Origin: Mobula birostris
Lineage: Eukaryota
Assembly (NCBI RefSeq): GCF_030028105.1
Contig: NC_092380.1
Span: 70,429,717-70,493,716, forward strand
DNA length: 64,000 bases
Direction: 5' to 3'
The notes beneath the pieces were generated by a model, which was given only the letters and a program-made list of their open reading frames with translations, did not search any database and was not told the DNA's origin. This document shows, piece by piece, positions 50,204 through 64,000 of the stretch. Positions within the stretch are counted from its first letter, which is position 1. Every line of letters starts with the position of its first letter. Made by a program: the position numbers and the translations under genes.

Positions 50204-53200
50204 GGTTGCGAAAATTTAAGGGGTAGAATAATCCCAGATGAAGGGAAATATTTTGCTCCACACATGCGACCTTCCTCCTTACTTTCCTAACAGTCAGAGA
50301 AATCTCATTCTTACTTCAATACAGCATCTAAACAAAGGAAATGTAGGATAAAGTTAAATGTGTATAAAATTAAATTTGGTTGCAAATCTCGTGATAAAAA
50401 ATGGAAGTAACAATTAAAGTGTTCTGCATAACAAAAATTGTTACAAGCTGGAAGAGTATCAATGAGATTAAAATTGTTACAAGCTTGTTGAGTGCCAATA
50501 AAATTATCAGATCATTAAGTTCACAAATTAAGCGTTATGTGCAGCAAAGCAGTGTCCAAAGTAGTGCAACGCACGACAGAACAAGGAACTGATCCCCCAG
50601 TTGTTAGGTGTGAACAGATGACTGAGAGTTATGGTTCTTACCTGTACAAAATATTTCAATTTGACAAGATTAATGAAGAAATCAGAGTGAAATATTCTGT
50701 CAGTGTTGAGTCTCATGAAATTTGGCTGCTGGTAAATATTTAAAAAATCATGAGAAAAACCTTGGGAATGCTTGAGGGAAAGAAAAAAAAACTGCATGTG
50801 TGTTATCACAGTTAAAAGAGAAATGAACATGCTGAGTTGGACGATCAAATATGTGGTTTTAAATGTGAACACGTTGAGTCAGAAGACAACATGTAAGTTA
50901 ACAGAACAAGTAAAAAAGTTAACTGAACAAGTGGAAAAGGAAAACTGATGAACTACAGAAACTGCATGACGGAGACAATTAACTGAACGAGTGAAAGAAC
51001 TACGGACTAAGTGTAATTGCATGAAATTGCATTGCATGGAGCTTCAATATGAAATGAAGCAGTATCAGAAAATCCAGCAGGGACCTCAAGTGGAGTGATG
51101 CGCCTCCTTGGAAAACACTCCCGATATTGGACAGTCTTATGGGGCAATGCTACATGCCGAACTCAGAGGAATTAGGAGATGGAAATTGCATGGATTCTAC
51201 AGAGACCTAAGGTGACACAAGTGAAGATGGCAATAATGGAACAATAGGTTAGCCAACCATATAATGATTTGCCCCAATAAAGACCAAGGAAGTGATAACA
51301 CCCAGAACTGAAGATGGGAATTATGAAAAGAGACAGGTTTATCATCAACCAGCTGAATCGGAAAAGATTGATAGATGGTCCAAAGAGTTTTCACATCCTG
51401 AAAAAGGAGGTTTAAAGTCTTGGGCTGAATTTCAATGTATTAAGAACCTATACAACACCCATATGATTGGAGAAAGGTGGTTGAGTGCAAGCAGAAGACT
51501 TTTGAAAGCATTTCTGAATATTAGTAACACTACAGAACAGTGTGGTTGAGTTACTCAGGAGTTAATAAGAAGTCAACCATCCTCTAATGGCCAATCCACC
51601 AACAATTTTCAATGCCCTAAAGCCATCGTGCAAGTGGTTTACAATTATCAACGTGGCCAGTGGATTTTGGTTTCTACCACTGGCACAGGACTGTCAGCCA
51701 TATTTGGCTTTTCCACTTAATGGACAACACTATCCCACTGACTACCACATGGCTCTGAGACAACATCTTAGGGACCTACCAGCCATAAATTTGACTATCA
51801 TACAGTATGTAGATGACGAACTAATTGCACTTGACAATGCAGACCAAGATGAACGTAAAGTGTTTTATTTGCTTGATTTATCCTCCAAAGATTCACAAAG
51901 CAAATTTGGACAAGGCACAATTGCAACGATATGAAGCAATTTATTTGGGACAGGAAGTTTCAAAAGTTCAAAGTAAAATTTATTATCAGAGTACAGACAT
52001 TTCACCATGTACTACCCTGAGATTCTTTTTTTGTGGGCATACTCAGAAAATCTATAGAACTGTAACTGTAAACAGGATGAATGAAAAACAAACAGTGCAA
52101 ATGCAAATATAAATAAATAGCAATAAATAACGGGAACATGAAATAACAAGATAAAGAGTCCTTAAAGTGAGATCACTGGTTGTGGGAACACCAGATGTAG
52201 AATGAGTATAGTTACCCTCTTTTGTCAATAGCCTGAAGCTTGAGGGGTAGTAAGTGTTCTTGAACCCAGGGGTGTGAGTCCTGAGGCACTGATGGCAGCA
52301 GCTGGAAAAGTACGTGGCCTGGGGTGGTGAGGATCTTTGATGATGGATGCTGCTTTTCTTACAATGTTACATGTAGATGTGCTCAATGGTTGGGAGGGTT
52401 TTACCCATGATGCTCTGGGCTGAATTCATGACTTTTCGTAAGATTTCCCTCTCAGAAACATTGGTGTTCCTCTACCAGGTCATAACGCAGCCAGTCAGTA
52501 CATCACACCACACATCTATTGTCTTTTTTTGTCAATTTTTGAGCACATGCCAATTCTCCGCAGACTCCTAAGGAAGTAGAGGCACTGTCATGCTTTCTTT
52601 GTAATTACAATTATATGATGACTCCAGGACTGGAACTATGAAATAGTGACAGCCATCAATTTAATATTTCTGACACTCTCCACCTCTGCTCCTCCAATGA
52701 ATTCTGGCTCATGGAACCTCTGGTTTCCTTCTCCTGAAGTCCACTATCAGTTCCTCAGTTTTGCTGACATTTAGTAAGAGGTTGTTGTTATGACACCACA
52801 CCGCCAAATCTTCAATCTCCCTCCTGCAAAGGCCGGCAAATCTGCAACCGCCTACAACAGTCCAGCAACTGTGATAATTTCTGGGTTTGTGTAACTACAG
52901 CAGAGCGTGGGTTGAATCATCTCCTGAAATTGGACAACCACTCAACATCTCTTGAAGGGGAGAAACTGCTTAGATGATCGTGTGATTCTGAATGAAGAAC
53001 AACTGGAAGCATTTCAAACTTTAATAGTGACAGGATGTGCAGGTCCTGCATTAGGAATCCACGATATGTGTAAACCATTTACCCTGTACGTCAAGGGGAA
53101 ACATGGCTGCATGATGGCAGTCATAGCTCAAGAACATGGAGACCTGCAGCATCATTCTGGTTATTACTCTGCCAAATTGGATAATGCAGTATTAGGATGG

Positions 53201-53790
53201 AGTTCGGGTTTATGAGTAGCGCAGGCAAACTGTCTGGCTGTCATGGCTGTTTCTCGCTTTGTGCTCAATGTTAATGTCTTTAAATTTTCAATGTCTTCAC
53301 TTAGTACATACATTACTGACAATGAATCAGGCCTTTCAAGTAACAGCTGCTCAGTGGTCTAAATGGTCAACTGCTCTAGACTCACCTAATATCATCATCA
53401 AGTGAGAAAGTCCAGTGGATACAGCTACACTGTTACATTGGGTTAGGAGGGCTATAATGATCATGACTGTGCAAGCCAAATAACATGCCAAGGAGAGCAA
53501 ATCATTACAAGTAAATGCCTCTGTTGAACCCAGATCAGGTATTGTACACCAATAACTCCTCAACAACTGAGTACAGAGTCTGAATGCCTGAATGGACTAT
53601 TGTTTCTGAAACTATTGGCATCAGGAAGCATGATTCCTGGTACCTCTACACAGATATGAAAGCCCTGACTGAAGCCTGTAAAATTGCAGAAAGAAGATCA
53701 GCTAATATCTACATGGATTCTTGTTATGCATTTGGAGTTCATGACTTTGGAAACATGGAAGCAAAGAGGATTTAATGTATGAGGAATGGC
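50204..53790 (+). mobile_element. Decayed class I (epsilon/gamma-like) ERV internal region: gag remnant, RT, connection and RNase H
   Basis: FTIINVASGFWFLPLA...IQYVDD, EAFQTL...PALG...KPFTLYV...YYSAKLD and ALTEACKIAE...NIYMDSCYAFGVHDFG. Confidence 0.8.
52050..52820 (-). mobile_element. Rex1/Babar fragment inserted in ERV pol
   Basis: Same family sequence as 15100-15440 and 23050-23860; splits the RT from the connection domain. Confidence 0.6.
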
Positions 53791-53899
53791 TCTGGACCTA
53801 TCCTTACTGGAATTTAGAAGAATGAGGGAAAAATGGCCTGATTCTGCTTCTATGTCTTATGGTTTTGTTATGGCTTCAGGAAACATAACTGTGATTGTC

Positions 53900-55790
53900 C
53901 AAATAGTACAAGAACTCATGGATGTTACTGGGGGACATGAAAATGGCGGATGAACTAACTAAGTATTTTTGCATCAGTCTTCAGTGTGGAAGACACTAGC
54001 AATATGGTGGAGGTTCCAGATGTCAGGGGTTATGAAGTGTGTGAAGTTGCCATTACTAGATAGAAGGTTCTTGGGAAAGTGAAAGGTCTGAAAGTAGATA
54101 AGTCACCTGGACCAGATGGTGTACACCCCAGAATTCTGAAAGAAGTGGCTGAAGAGATTGTGGAGGACCTAGTAATGATCATTCAAGGATCACCAGAATC
54201 TGAAATGGTTCCAGAACACTGGAAAATTGCAAATGTCACTCCACTCTTCAAGAAGGGAGAGAAATGGAAATTATAGGCCAGTTAGTCTGACTTCAGTGGT
54301 TGAGAAGATGTTGGAGTTGATTAAGAAGGATGAGGTCTCAGGAGGCACATGATAAAATAGACTGTAGTCAGCATGGTTCCTCAAGGGAAAATATTGCCTA
54401 ACAAATCAGTTGGAACTCTGAAGAAATAACAAGCACAATTGAAGAAAGAGAATCAGTTGATGTGTACTTAGATTTTCAGAAGGCCATTGACATAGAGTCA
54501 CATATGAGGCTGCATAACTAGCTACAAGCCCATTGTATTACAGGTCGACCTTCACTAATCTGGCACCATTGGGACCTGAGGAGTGCCAGATTAGTGAAAA
54601 TGCCGAATTACAGAAGGATCACATTAAGCATAATCAATGCCAGATTATCAAACGAACCGGATTACAGGTAGTCGGATTGGTGCAGGTCGAACTGTACAGG
54701 AAAGATTCTAACATGTATAAAACAGTGGCTGATTAACAGGAGGCAAAGAGTGGAAATAAAGGAAGCCTTTTTGGCTGCCAGTGACTGGTGATGTTCCACA
54801 GGTGTCTGTGCAGGGACTGATACTTTTTACATTATACGTCAATGATTTGGATGATGGAATTCATGGCTTTGTTACAAAGCTTGCAGATGATACAAAGACA
54901 AGTGTAGGGGCAGGTAGTTCTGAGGAAGTAGGGAGGCTACAGGAGGACTTAAACAGACTAGGAGAATGGGTAAAGAAGTGGCAGATGGTATACAGTGCAA
55001 GGAAGTTTCTGGTCATGTGCTCTGGTAGAAGAACTGAAAGGGTTGACTATTTTCTAAATGGAGAGAAAATACAAAAAACTGAGACCTAAAGGGTCCCTAA
55101 ATGTTAATTTGCCAGTTGAGTCTGTGGTGAGGAAGGCAAATGTAAAGTTAGCATTCATTTCAAGAGGATTGGGATATAAAAGCAAGGGTATAATTTTGAA
55201 ATTTTATAAAGCACAGGTAGGGCCTCGCTTGAAGTATTGTGAGCAGTTTTGGGCCCCTTATCTTAGAAATGATCTGCTGAAAATAGGAAGGGCTCAAAGG
55301 AGGTTTACGAAAATGATTCCAGGATTAAGCGGCTTGTCATATAAAGAGCGTTTGGTGGTTCTGGGCCGCTATTCATTGGAATTCAGAAGAGTGAAGGGTG
55401 ACCGAATTGAAACATATTGATTGCTGAAAGGCCTTGATAAAGTGGATGTGGAGAGGATGTTTCCTATGGTGGGAGTGTCTACAACCAGAGGATACAGCCT
55501 CAGAATAGAGAGATGTCCTTTTAGAATGGAGATGAGGAGGAGGAATTTCTTCAGCCAGAATTATTTGGACTCCTTTGCCACAGGCAGCTGTGGAGGCAAA
55601 GTCTTTATGTATATTTAAGGTAGAGGTTCATAGATTGTTGACTGGTCAGGGAATGAAGGGATATGGGGGGAGGGGAAGACAGGAAATTGGAGCTGAGAGG
55701 AAAAGTGGATTGGCCATGATGAAATGGCTCAGCAGACTGGATGGGATAGATGGCCTAATTCTGCTCCTATATTTTATGGTCTAAAACAGA
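53900..55790 (+). mobile_element. Decayed CR1 RT region
   Basis: KSPGPDGVHPRILKE, GDVPQVSVQG, KLADDTK and YCEQFWAPY. Confidence 0.88.
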
Positions 55791-55879
55791 GCAGACAGTG
55801 AAGGGAAACTTACACAGAGCAATGCTTTATAGACTGTCCAAATATAATAAAGAAAACCAATTAAATTTCCGAACGTTCT

Positions 55880-58800
55880 CTGACCGGGGTGGGGGGGAAT
55901 CAACAGTTTAACATTTCCCCTACTATGGGAAATAACTTTGTCATAGCTAATCTGTTCAGGCCTTTTAACTTTCGGGATGTTTCTATGAGTTCCCCCCTCA
56001 TTCCCCAGAACTCCAGGGAATTCAGCCCAAGAGCTGTCAGACGTTCTTCATATGGTAAGCCGTTCATTCCTGGAATTATTCTCGTGAATCTTCTCTGAAC
56101 CCTCTCCAATGTCAGTATATCCTTTCTAAAATAAGGAGCCCAAAACTGCACACAAAATACTCTAAGTGTGGTCTGACGAGTGCCTTATAGAGCCTCAACA
56201 TCACATCCCTGCTCTTATATTCTATACCTCTAGAAATGAATGCCAACATTGCATTTGCCTTCTTCACCACTGACTCAACCTGGAGGTTAACCTTTTGGGT
56301 ATCCTGCACAAGGACTCCCAAGTCCCTTTGCATCTCTGCATTTTGAATTCTCTCCCCATCTAAATAATAGTCTGCCCATTTATTTCTTCCACCAAAGTGC
56401 ATACCCATACACTTTCCAACATTGTATTTCATTTGCCACTTCTTTGCCCATTCCTCTAAACTATCTAATTCTCTCTGCAGGCTCTCTGTTTCCTCAGAAC
56501 TATCTGCTCCTCCACCTATCTTTGTATCATCCACAACTTTAGCCACGAATCCATTAATCCCATAGTTCAAATCATTGACATACATCGTAAAAAGCAACGG
56601 TTCCAACATTGACCCCTGTGGAACTCCACTGGTAACTGGCAGCCAGTCAGAATAGGATCCTTTTAATCCCACTCTCTGTTTTCTGCCGATCAGCCAGTGC
56701 TCTGCTCATGCCAGTAACTCCCCTGTAATTGCACAGGCTCTTATCTTGCTAAGCAGCTTCACGTGCGACACTTTGTCAAAGGCCTTCTGAAAATCAAAGT
56801 ATACCATATCTACTGCATCTCCTTTGTCTACCCTGGTTGTAATTTCCTCAAAAAATTGCAGTAGATTAGCCAGGCAGGATTTTCCTTTCAGGAAACCATG
56901 CTGGCTTTGGCCTATCTTGTCATGTGCCTACAGGTACCCTGTAATCTCATCCCTAACAATCGATTCCAACAACTTCCCAACCACTGATGTCAGGCTAACA
57001 GGTCTATAGTTTCCTTTCTGCAGCCTCTCACACTTTTTAAATAGCAGAGTAACATTTGCAATTTTCCAGTCATCCGGTACACTGCCAGAAATTATCAATT
57101 CTTAAAAGATCATTGTTAATTCCTCTACAATCTCTCCAACTACTTCCTTCAGAACCCAAGGGCGCATTTACCAACATTGTACTCCATTTGCCAGACCGAT
57201 TGCCCACACACTTAACCTATCTATGTCTCTCTGCACACACTCCTTAACTTCTACACAATTTGCTTTTACACTCAATTTGGTATCATCAGCAAACTTAGAT
57301 ACACTACACACGTTTCCCTTTTCCAGATTGCTATGTACAGTATATCGTGAACACTTGCAGGCCCAGCACTGATCCCTGCTCACCACTGATTGCCGGCCAG
57401 AGAAACACCCTTGTATCCCAACTCTCTGCTTTCTATTAGATAACAAATCCTCTATCCATGGTAATACATCACCTACAACTCTATGCATCCTTATCTTATG
57501 TCTTTTATGTGGCACCTTATCGAATGCCTTCTGGAAATCCAAGTAAGTAACGCCCATCTGTTCCCCTCTATCCACGGCACTTGTTATATCCTCAAAGGAC
57601 TGCAGTAAGCTTGTCAAACAGGACTTGCCTTTGCTGAGTCCATGCCGTGTCTGCCTGATGGATCCATTTCTTTCCAGATGCCTCGCTATTTCTTCTTTAA
57701 TGATAGCTTCAAGCATTTTCCCAACTACAGATGTTAAACTAACTGGCCCATAGTTACCTGCCTTTTGCCTACATCCCTTTTGGAATAGTGGTGTGACATT
57801 CACCATCTTCTTATCAACCAGGAACTGCCCAGAGTCCAGAGAGTTTTGGTAAATCATCACCAAAGCTTCTACTATAACTTCTGCCATTTCTTTCAGTACC
57901 CTGGGATGCATTCCATCAGGAGCAGGGGACTTATCTATCTTCAGGCCCACAAGTTTGCTCAACACTACCTCTTTAGTGATAGCTATTGTATCAAGGTCCT
58001 CACCTCTCATCGCATCCATAACATCTCTCTTTAGCATGTTAGATGTGTCCTCCACCGTGAAGACCGACACAAAATAGTCATTCAAAGCCTCGGCCATGTG
58101 ATTATTTCCATTATCAATTCCCCCTTCTCGACCTTCAAGGGACCTACATTCTCTTTAGCTACCCTTTTCCAATTTATATTATTATAAAATTTTTTACTAT
58201 CCATTTTTATAGTTTGTGCTAGTTTATTTTCATGATCTAGCTTCCTTTTCTTTATCGCTCACTTAGTGGTACCATGTTGCTTTTTAAAGTTTTCCCAATC
58301 TTCCAGTTCCCCAGTATTCTTGGCAACTTTGTATGCATGAGCTTTTATTTTGATGCCTTCTTTTAGTTCCTTAGTTATCCAAGGCTGGGTCTCCCCACCC
58401 TTACTGTCCTTGCTTTTAACTGGAATATACTTTTGTTGAGCACTGTGAAAAATATCTTTGAAAGTCTTCCACCGTTCCTCAACTGTCTCACATGTAGCCT
58501 GTGTTCCCTGTCTACGCTAGCCAAATCCTCCTTCATCCCATTGCAGTTTCCATTGCTTAGGCACAATACAGTGGTTTTAGATTGAATTATTGCACCCTCT
58601 ATTTTTATGAGAAACTCAGTCATACTATGATCACTCTTTCCAAGAGGATCCCTATCTACAAGATCACTAATTCTACCTGCCTCATTGCACAGGACCAGAT
58701 CTAAGATAGCATGTCCCCTTGTTGGTTCAGTAACATGCTGTTCAAGAAGGCCATCACAGATGCATTCTATGAAGTCCTCCTCAAGACTGCCTCGACCAAC

Positions 58801-61190
58801 TTGATTCACCCATTCTCTGTGCAAGTTAAAGTCCCCCATGATAACTAGTGTTCCATTCTTACATGCGTCACATATTTCTCTCTCTTTTGCCTGTGTACTG
58901 TGATGTTATTATTTGGTAGCCAATAGTCAACTCCCACCAGTAAACACGAGGAATTCTGCAGATGCTGGAAATTCAAGCAACACACATCAAAGTTGCTGGT
59001 GAACGCAGCAGGCCAGGCAGCATCTCTAGGAAGAGGTACAGTCGACGTTTTGGGCTGAGACCCTTCGTCAGGACAAGAGTCTCGGCCCGAAATGTCGACT
59101 GTACCTGTTCCTAGAGATGCTGCCTGGCCTGCTGTGTTCACCAGCAATTCCCGCCAGTGATTTTTTTTTCTTTTATTATTCCTAACCTCTAACCAGATGG
59201 ATTCATCATTCTGCTCCTTATATCTTATATTGTCTCTCACTATCGCCTTGATCTCATCTTTAATTAAGAGCGCCACCCCACCTCCCTTACCTTCCTGCCT
59301 ATCCTACTTCATTACCTGATATCCTTGAATATTTAATTCCCAATCCTCTCCACCCTGCATCCACATCTCTGTAATGGCCACTGAATCATAGCTCTTTGCA
59401 CTGATTTGAGCCACAAGTTCACTCACCTTGTTTAGAATATTATGGACTTCAAATAAAGTGCACTTGTACTCATTGTGTTTTAAAAATCTTGTAATCTTTT
59501 ACTCTTTTGCTCTTGACTTTTCTTCACTATACTCTTACTTTTTTTTATCTTTTGTTTTTCCTTTATCTTTGTAGAAACATAGAGAACCTACAGCACAATA
59601 CAGGCCCTGCGGCCCAAAGCTGTGCCGAATATGTCCTTATCTTAGAACTACCTAGGCTTACCCATAGCCCTCTATTTTTCTAAGCTCCATGTAGCCATCC
59701 AGGAGTCTCTTAAAAGACCCTGTTTTTTCCACTTTCACCACTGCCGCCGGCAGCCCATTCCATGCACTCACCACTCTGCGTAAAAAACTTACCCCTGACA
59801 TCTGCTCTGTACCTACTTCCAAGCACCTTCAAACTATGCTCTCGTGCTAGCCATTTCAGCCCTGGGGAAAAAGCCTCTGACTATCCACACGATCAATGAA
59901 CATAGAACATAGAACAGTACAGCACAGTACAGGCCCTTCGGCCCACAATGTTGTGCCGACCCATAAACCCTGCCCCCCATATCACCCCCGACCTTAAATT
60001 CCTCCATATACCTGTCTCGTAGTCTCTTAAATTTCACTAGTGTATCTGCCTCCATCACTGACTGAGGCAGTGCATTCCAGGCACCAACCACTCTCTGAGT
60101 AAAAAACCTTCCTCTAATATCCCCCTTGAACTTCCCACCCCTTAAAGCCATGTCCTCTTGTATTGAGCAGTGGTGCCCTGGGGAAGAGGCGCTGACTGTC
60201 CACTCTATCTATGCCTCTCATTATCTTGTACACCTCTGTCAGGTCACCTCTCATCCTCCGTTGCTCCCAGGAGAAAAGGCCGAGTTCACTCAACCTATTC
60301 TCGTAAGGCATGCTCCCCAATCCAGGCAACATCCTTGTAAATCTCCTCTACAGCCTTTCTATGGTTTCCACGTCCTTCCTGTAGTGAGGCGACCAGAATT
60401 GAGCACAGTAATCCAATTGGGGTCAATACTTTTCTTTTTTACTTTATCCATACTTCACCAATCTGTTGAACCCACCCCACTACTATTCAGTTTGAAACCC
60501 TATCCACAGCCCCAGTAATGCAATTCACTAGGATCCAGGTCCCATCACGGTTCAGCTGGAGCCCATCCCATTGGTGCAGCTCCCTCCTTCCCCAATACTG
60601 GTGCCAATTTCCCATGAATTCAAACCCACTTCTCCCACACCAATCCTTGAGCCATGCATTCAGCTCTCTAACCTTCTTGACCCTCTGCCAATTTGCATGT
60701 GGCTCATGTAATAATCTAGAGATTACAAGCTTTTTGGTTCTGCCTTTTAAATTTAGTCCCTAGCCGCTCAAGTTCACTCAGCAGAACCTCTTTCCTCGTT
60801 CTACCTGTGTCATTGATACCCACATGGACCATGACAACTGGATCTTTCCCCTCCCACCATAAACTCCTCTGCAGGTCAGATAAGATGTCCCAAATCCGGG
60901 CACCAGGTAGGCAACACAGCCTTTGGGATGCTCCGTCCTTGCGACAGAGAACTCTGTCTATTCCCCTGACTATACTATCCCCAATTACCACTCTATTTTC
61001 CTTCTTTCCCCACTCTTGAATGCTCCCTGTACTACGGTGCCACAGTTAGGTTGCTCACCCTTCCCATCGCCCCCACCGTCATCCACACAGGGAGCAAAAA
61101 CCTCAGACCTGTTGGATAAGCTCAAGGGCTGAGGCTCCTCCAGCACTGTCTCTTGGATCTCACTACCCTCCTCACACTCAGTCATATCAC
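55880..61190 (-). mobile_element. Near full-span CR1 (ORF1 SGNH esterase, APE, RT) with nested CR1 tails and a Penelope hairpin
   Basis: VIGDSIVRG...VHVGIND (60716-60991), MGDFN...ILDLVLCNE...SDH, YLDFQKAFDKVPH and SKFADDTK; insertions near 58925-59150 and 59570-60420. Confidence 0.85.
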
Positions 61191-62160
61191 AGGAATCAAC
61201 ACTCATCATACACCCATGTCCTCTTGTTTTAAACATCCTTACCCAGGAGAAGGACAGTCACTACCTACCTTATCTATGCCTCTCATAATTTTACAGACTT
61301 CCATGAGGTCACTTCTCAGCCTCCATCTCTCCAGGGAAAGCAGCCCCTCGATATCCAGATTCTCCTGATAACCTCACCCCTCCAAATCCAGGCACAGTCC
61401 TGTGACTCTTTTCTGCGCCCTGTTCAGCTTAATCACATGCTTCCTGTAGTGTGGCGAACCGAACTGCTCATTTGTATTCCAGGTGTAGCTGAACCAACAA
61501 TTTGTAAATTTTAACGTGACATCCCATCCCCTGTGCACAGTGCTTCAGCTCCTGAAGACAAATGCCTTCTTTACAACTCTACGATCTACTTGTTTTACCA
61601 GTTTCAAGGCATCGTGTGCTTGTACTCCAGAGTCTTGCTGTTCATTTATATTCCCCAGTGCCCTGTGCATGCCTTGGCCTGTGTTAACTTCCCAAATGCA
61701 TCACTTCATGCTTACCTAAGTTCAATTAGCTATTCCTTTCTCACTTTCACAGTGGATCTACATCCTGTTGCAATCTGAGGCAATCTCCTGGACTGCCTGC
61801 TAGAGCACTAATTTTGACATAATCTGCAAAGTTATTAATCATACCACCGACATTCATGATCATACATTATTAAATTATATGCAAAATGTTAATGGAACTT
61901 GCACCGAACACTGGCTACAGAACACCACTTCAGGCATCCAATGTGAAAAACAAACCTTCACCACCATCTTTGCCTTCTACCATCAAGCCAGTATTGTATA
62001 CAATTTACTATCCATCACTGGATCCTATATGTTCTGACCTTCTGGATCAGCTTACCATGTGGGGCCTTATCAAAGGCCTTTCTAAGGTACATATAGAAGA
62101 GAGGCTCCCAACATTTTTTTATATCATAGACCAATACCATTAAGCAATAGGTCCATGGAC
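61190..62160 (-). mobile_element. Older CR1 3' portion
   Basis: KAFDKAPHGKLIQK and degenerate downstream RT. Confidence 0.65.
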
Positions 62161-64000
62161 CCCAAGTTGGGAGCCCCTGATGTAGAAAGAAGACACTCAG
62201 CTGATCAAGCACCATCTGAGGAGGCAGAGGGCTGATTGACATTTAGGGTCATGACCCATCATCACAACAGAGAGTAGAGACAGGGGTGACAGGGGTGGAA
62301 TCTGATAGGTGGAACCAGGTGAGGTGGGGGCTGATGGGAGAAGAGAACGAGAGAGGCTGACGGATAATGGGTGGAAGCAGCTGAGGGAGAAAAGGGGGGA
62401 CAAAGACAGGTGAGGGTGAGGAGAGGAAAAAGGCAGACGAAAAGGATGAAAGGTGATTAAAAATAACCAGAAATGGTGAAATGATGGGTAGGTGAAACTA
62501 GAAGCAGTTGGGATAAGAAGAAAGTGTGAGCCTCATTCTTCTCTGCCATTTTAGATTTTGTTATATTTAAATATATCCAAACAAGCTTCTATCCTTTATC
62601 TTGCATTTTTCCCAGATTTTATTCATACTTGAAAGCAAATGTCTCTGCAATGAAAGAAATTAATATGGTACAACCTTTAATGGATTATGGTGGTGATGCT
62701 GACTTCACATAATGTACAATGGTTTCAAATGACATGCGTTATCAAGTCCTGGTAGGGAAGGTGAATAATCCGAAATCTCCTGTGTGTGATGGTAACTGAG
62801 TTATGTAGATATCACAGGAATTAACTATTGGGAAGCAAATCTCATGAAGCTTTAAGCAATTCTCTGTGTGTTCCACCAGATCTATTACCTTCACTCTCTC
62901 CTATATTTTGATTAACTAACTTCTCTTCTTCCTTTTCATGTTCACCATGCTTTGCTGGGGTGACATCTGAATTGGGCGTTGTATTCAAACAAAGGAAGTT
63001 CTCTCAGATGTAAAATGTCAACACACCTCAGATAAAGTATGGGAAACCATTCTGAGCTGCTGGATGAAGAGTCTTGAATTCCTGCTGAATCCTCGGCCAT
63101 TTTGACAAAACAGTAGGGAAAAATTAATTTGCCGGAAGACCTGCATCTCACTGTGGCACAAATTACCCACTCTTTACCTCAGTTAGATGTCCTTCACAGC
63201 ACATTGGACATAAAACTTTCCACTGATCCAGCTTCTGATGTAAGCCAAATGTTTGGTAAACTTCAGAATGAACATTCCTGGGCTTCTGGCCAAAATGTGT
63301 CTCCGTCAACTTAGAGAATATAAAATTGAAACAATAATGCTGTGGTTGATAGCCACAGATCCTCTGAAAATGAAATCACGTGGCAGGAACAGAACTTGAA
63401 TAAGTGGGTTCCAAATCAAAATTCCACAAATTATTGATTTTAAGGAATTGGGGAATAATTCAAATCTGATAATGGTGATGACATCAATTTGGCTTGTTCC
63501 CATCTACGATACACAGAGATGTACAGAAGAGACTCATGCTTCAGTCCCAGTGGCAAAGTTGAACAATCTACATTCCACTAGGTGAAAGGTGTACAGTATC
63601 TCCCAGGAATTTTCCAAGGGTTAAGCAGCCAATAGCTGCAGAAATTTTCCAGGGATTAAGAAAGATGGTGACACAGACTTTACATGTTTACATCCATGAT
63701 GTACAATGCTCTCAAATAACATGTAAACTCAAGTGCTGGTATGAAAGTTGAATGCTCAAACAACCCACTGGGTGTGCAGGTTACCGAATAGCATTGACAG
63801 CATTTAGATTAGATTAGATTCAACTTTATTGTCATTGTACCGAGTACAGATACAAAGCCAACGAAATGCATTTAGCATCTGACCAGAATAGTGTTATTTA
63901 CAAAATAACTGCGTATAAAAAAAGTGCTGCAGCACACAAATATTAAAGTACTGAGACAGAACAATACGGATACAATACTGCTTAGCGCTGTGATGAGAGG

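Noticed and set aside
50204-51550. Link between the ERV gag remnant and the Gag-derived tail of human B7-H6
   Set aside because: The ERV is upstream of both leaders and on the opposite strand, so it cannot be spliced onto the tail.
59041-59100. Active hammerhead pair
   Set aside because: One copy has GAAA mutated to AAAA and the other lacks the CUGANGA core.
63606-63616. NF-kB-like GGAATTTTCC
   Set aside because: Imperfect, isolated and not near a supported promoter.

Overview
This is vertebrate genomic DNA, most likely a cartilaginous fish (batoid ray), inferred from the repeat families. Most of the window is transposable elements: CR1, Rex1/Babar, Penelope, RTE-BovB, Hero, R4/Dong, Nimb/I, L1, Gypsy and solo LTRs, a decayed class I ERV, MITEs and a probable Helitron. 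The one host gene I can support is a minus-strand B7-family Ig-superfamily gene most like NCR3LG1/B7-H6. Its core exons are leader 22597-22648, IgV 16175-16513, IgC1 13983-14279 and TM 13392-13493, all joined by canonical phase-1 splice sites. The locus looks unusually modular. It has a second leader exon 27.6 kb from the IgV exon (44104-44227), and both leaders have the same ISRE core just upstream. A hidden in-frame exon after IgV would give a V-only, tailless membrane-anchored isoform with its own poly(A) signal. Several duplicated or alternative cytoplasmic terminal exons lie downstream. The exon structure comes from manual splice-site reading and needs RNA confirmation. Repeat boundaries are approximate unless a TSD or TIR is cited.
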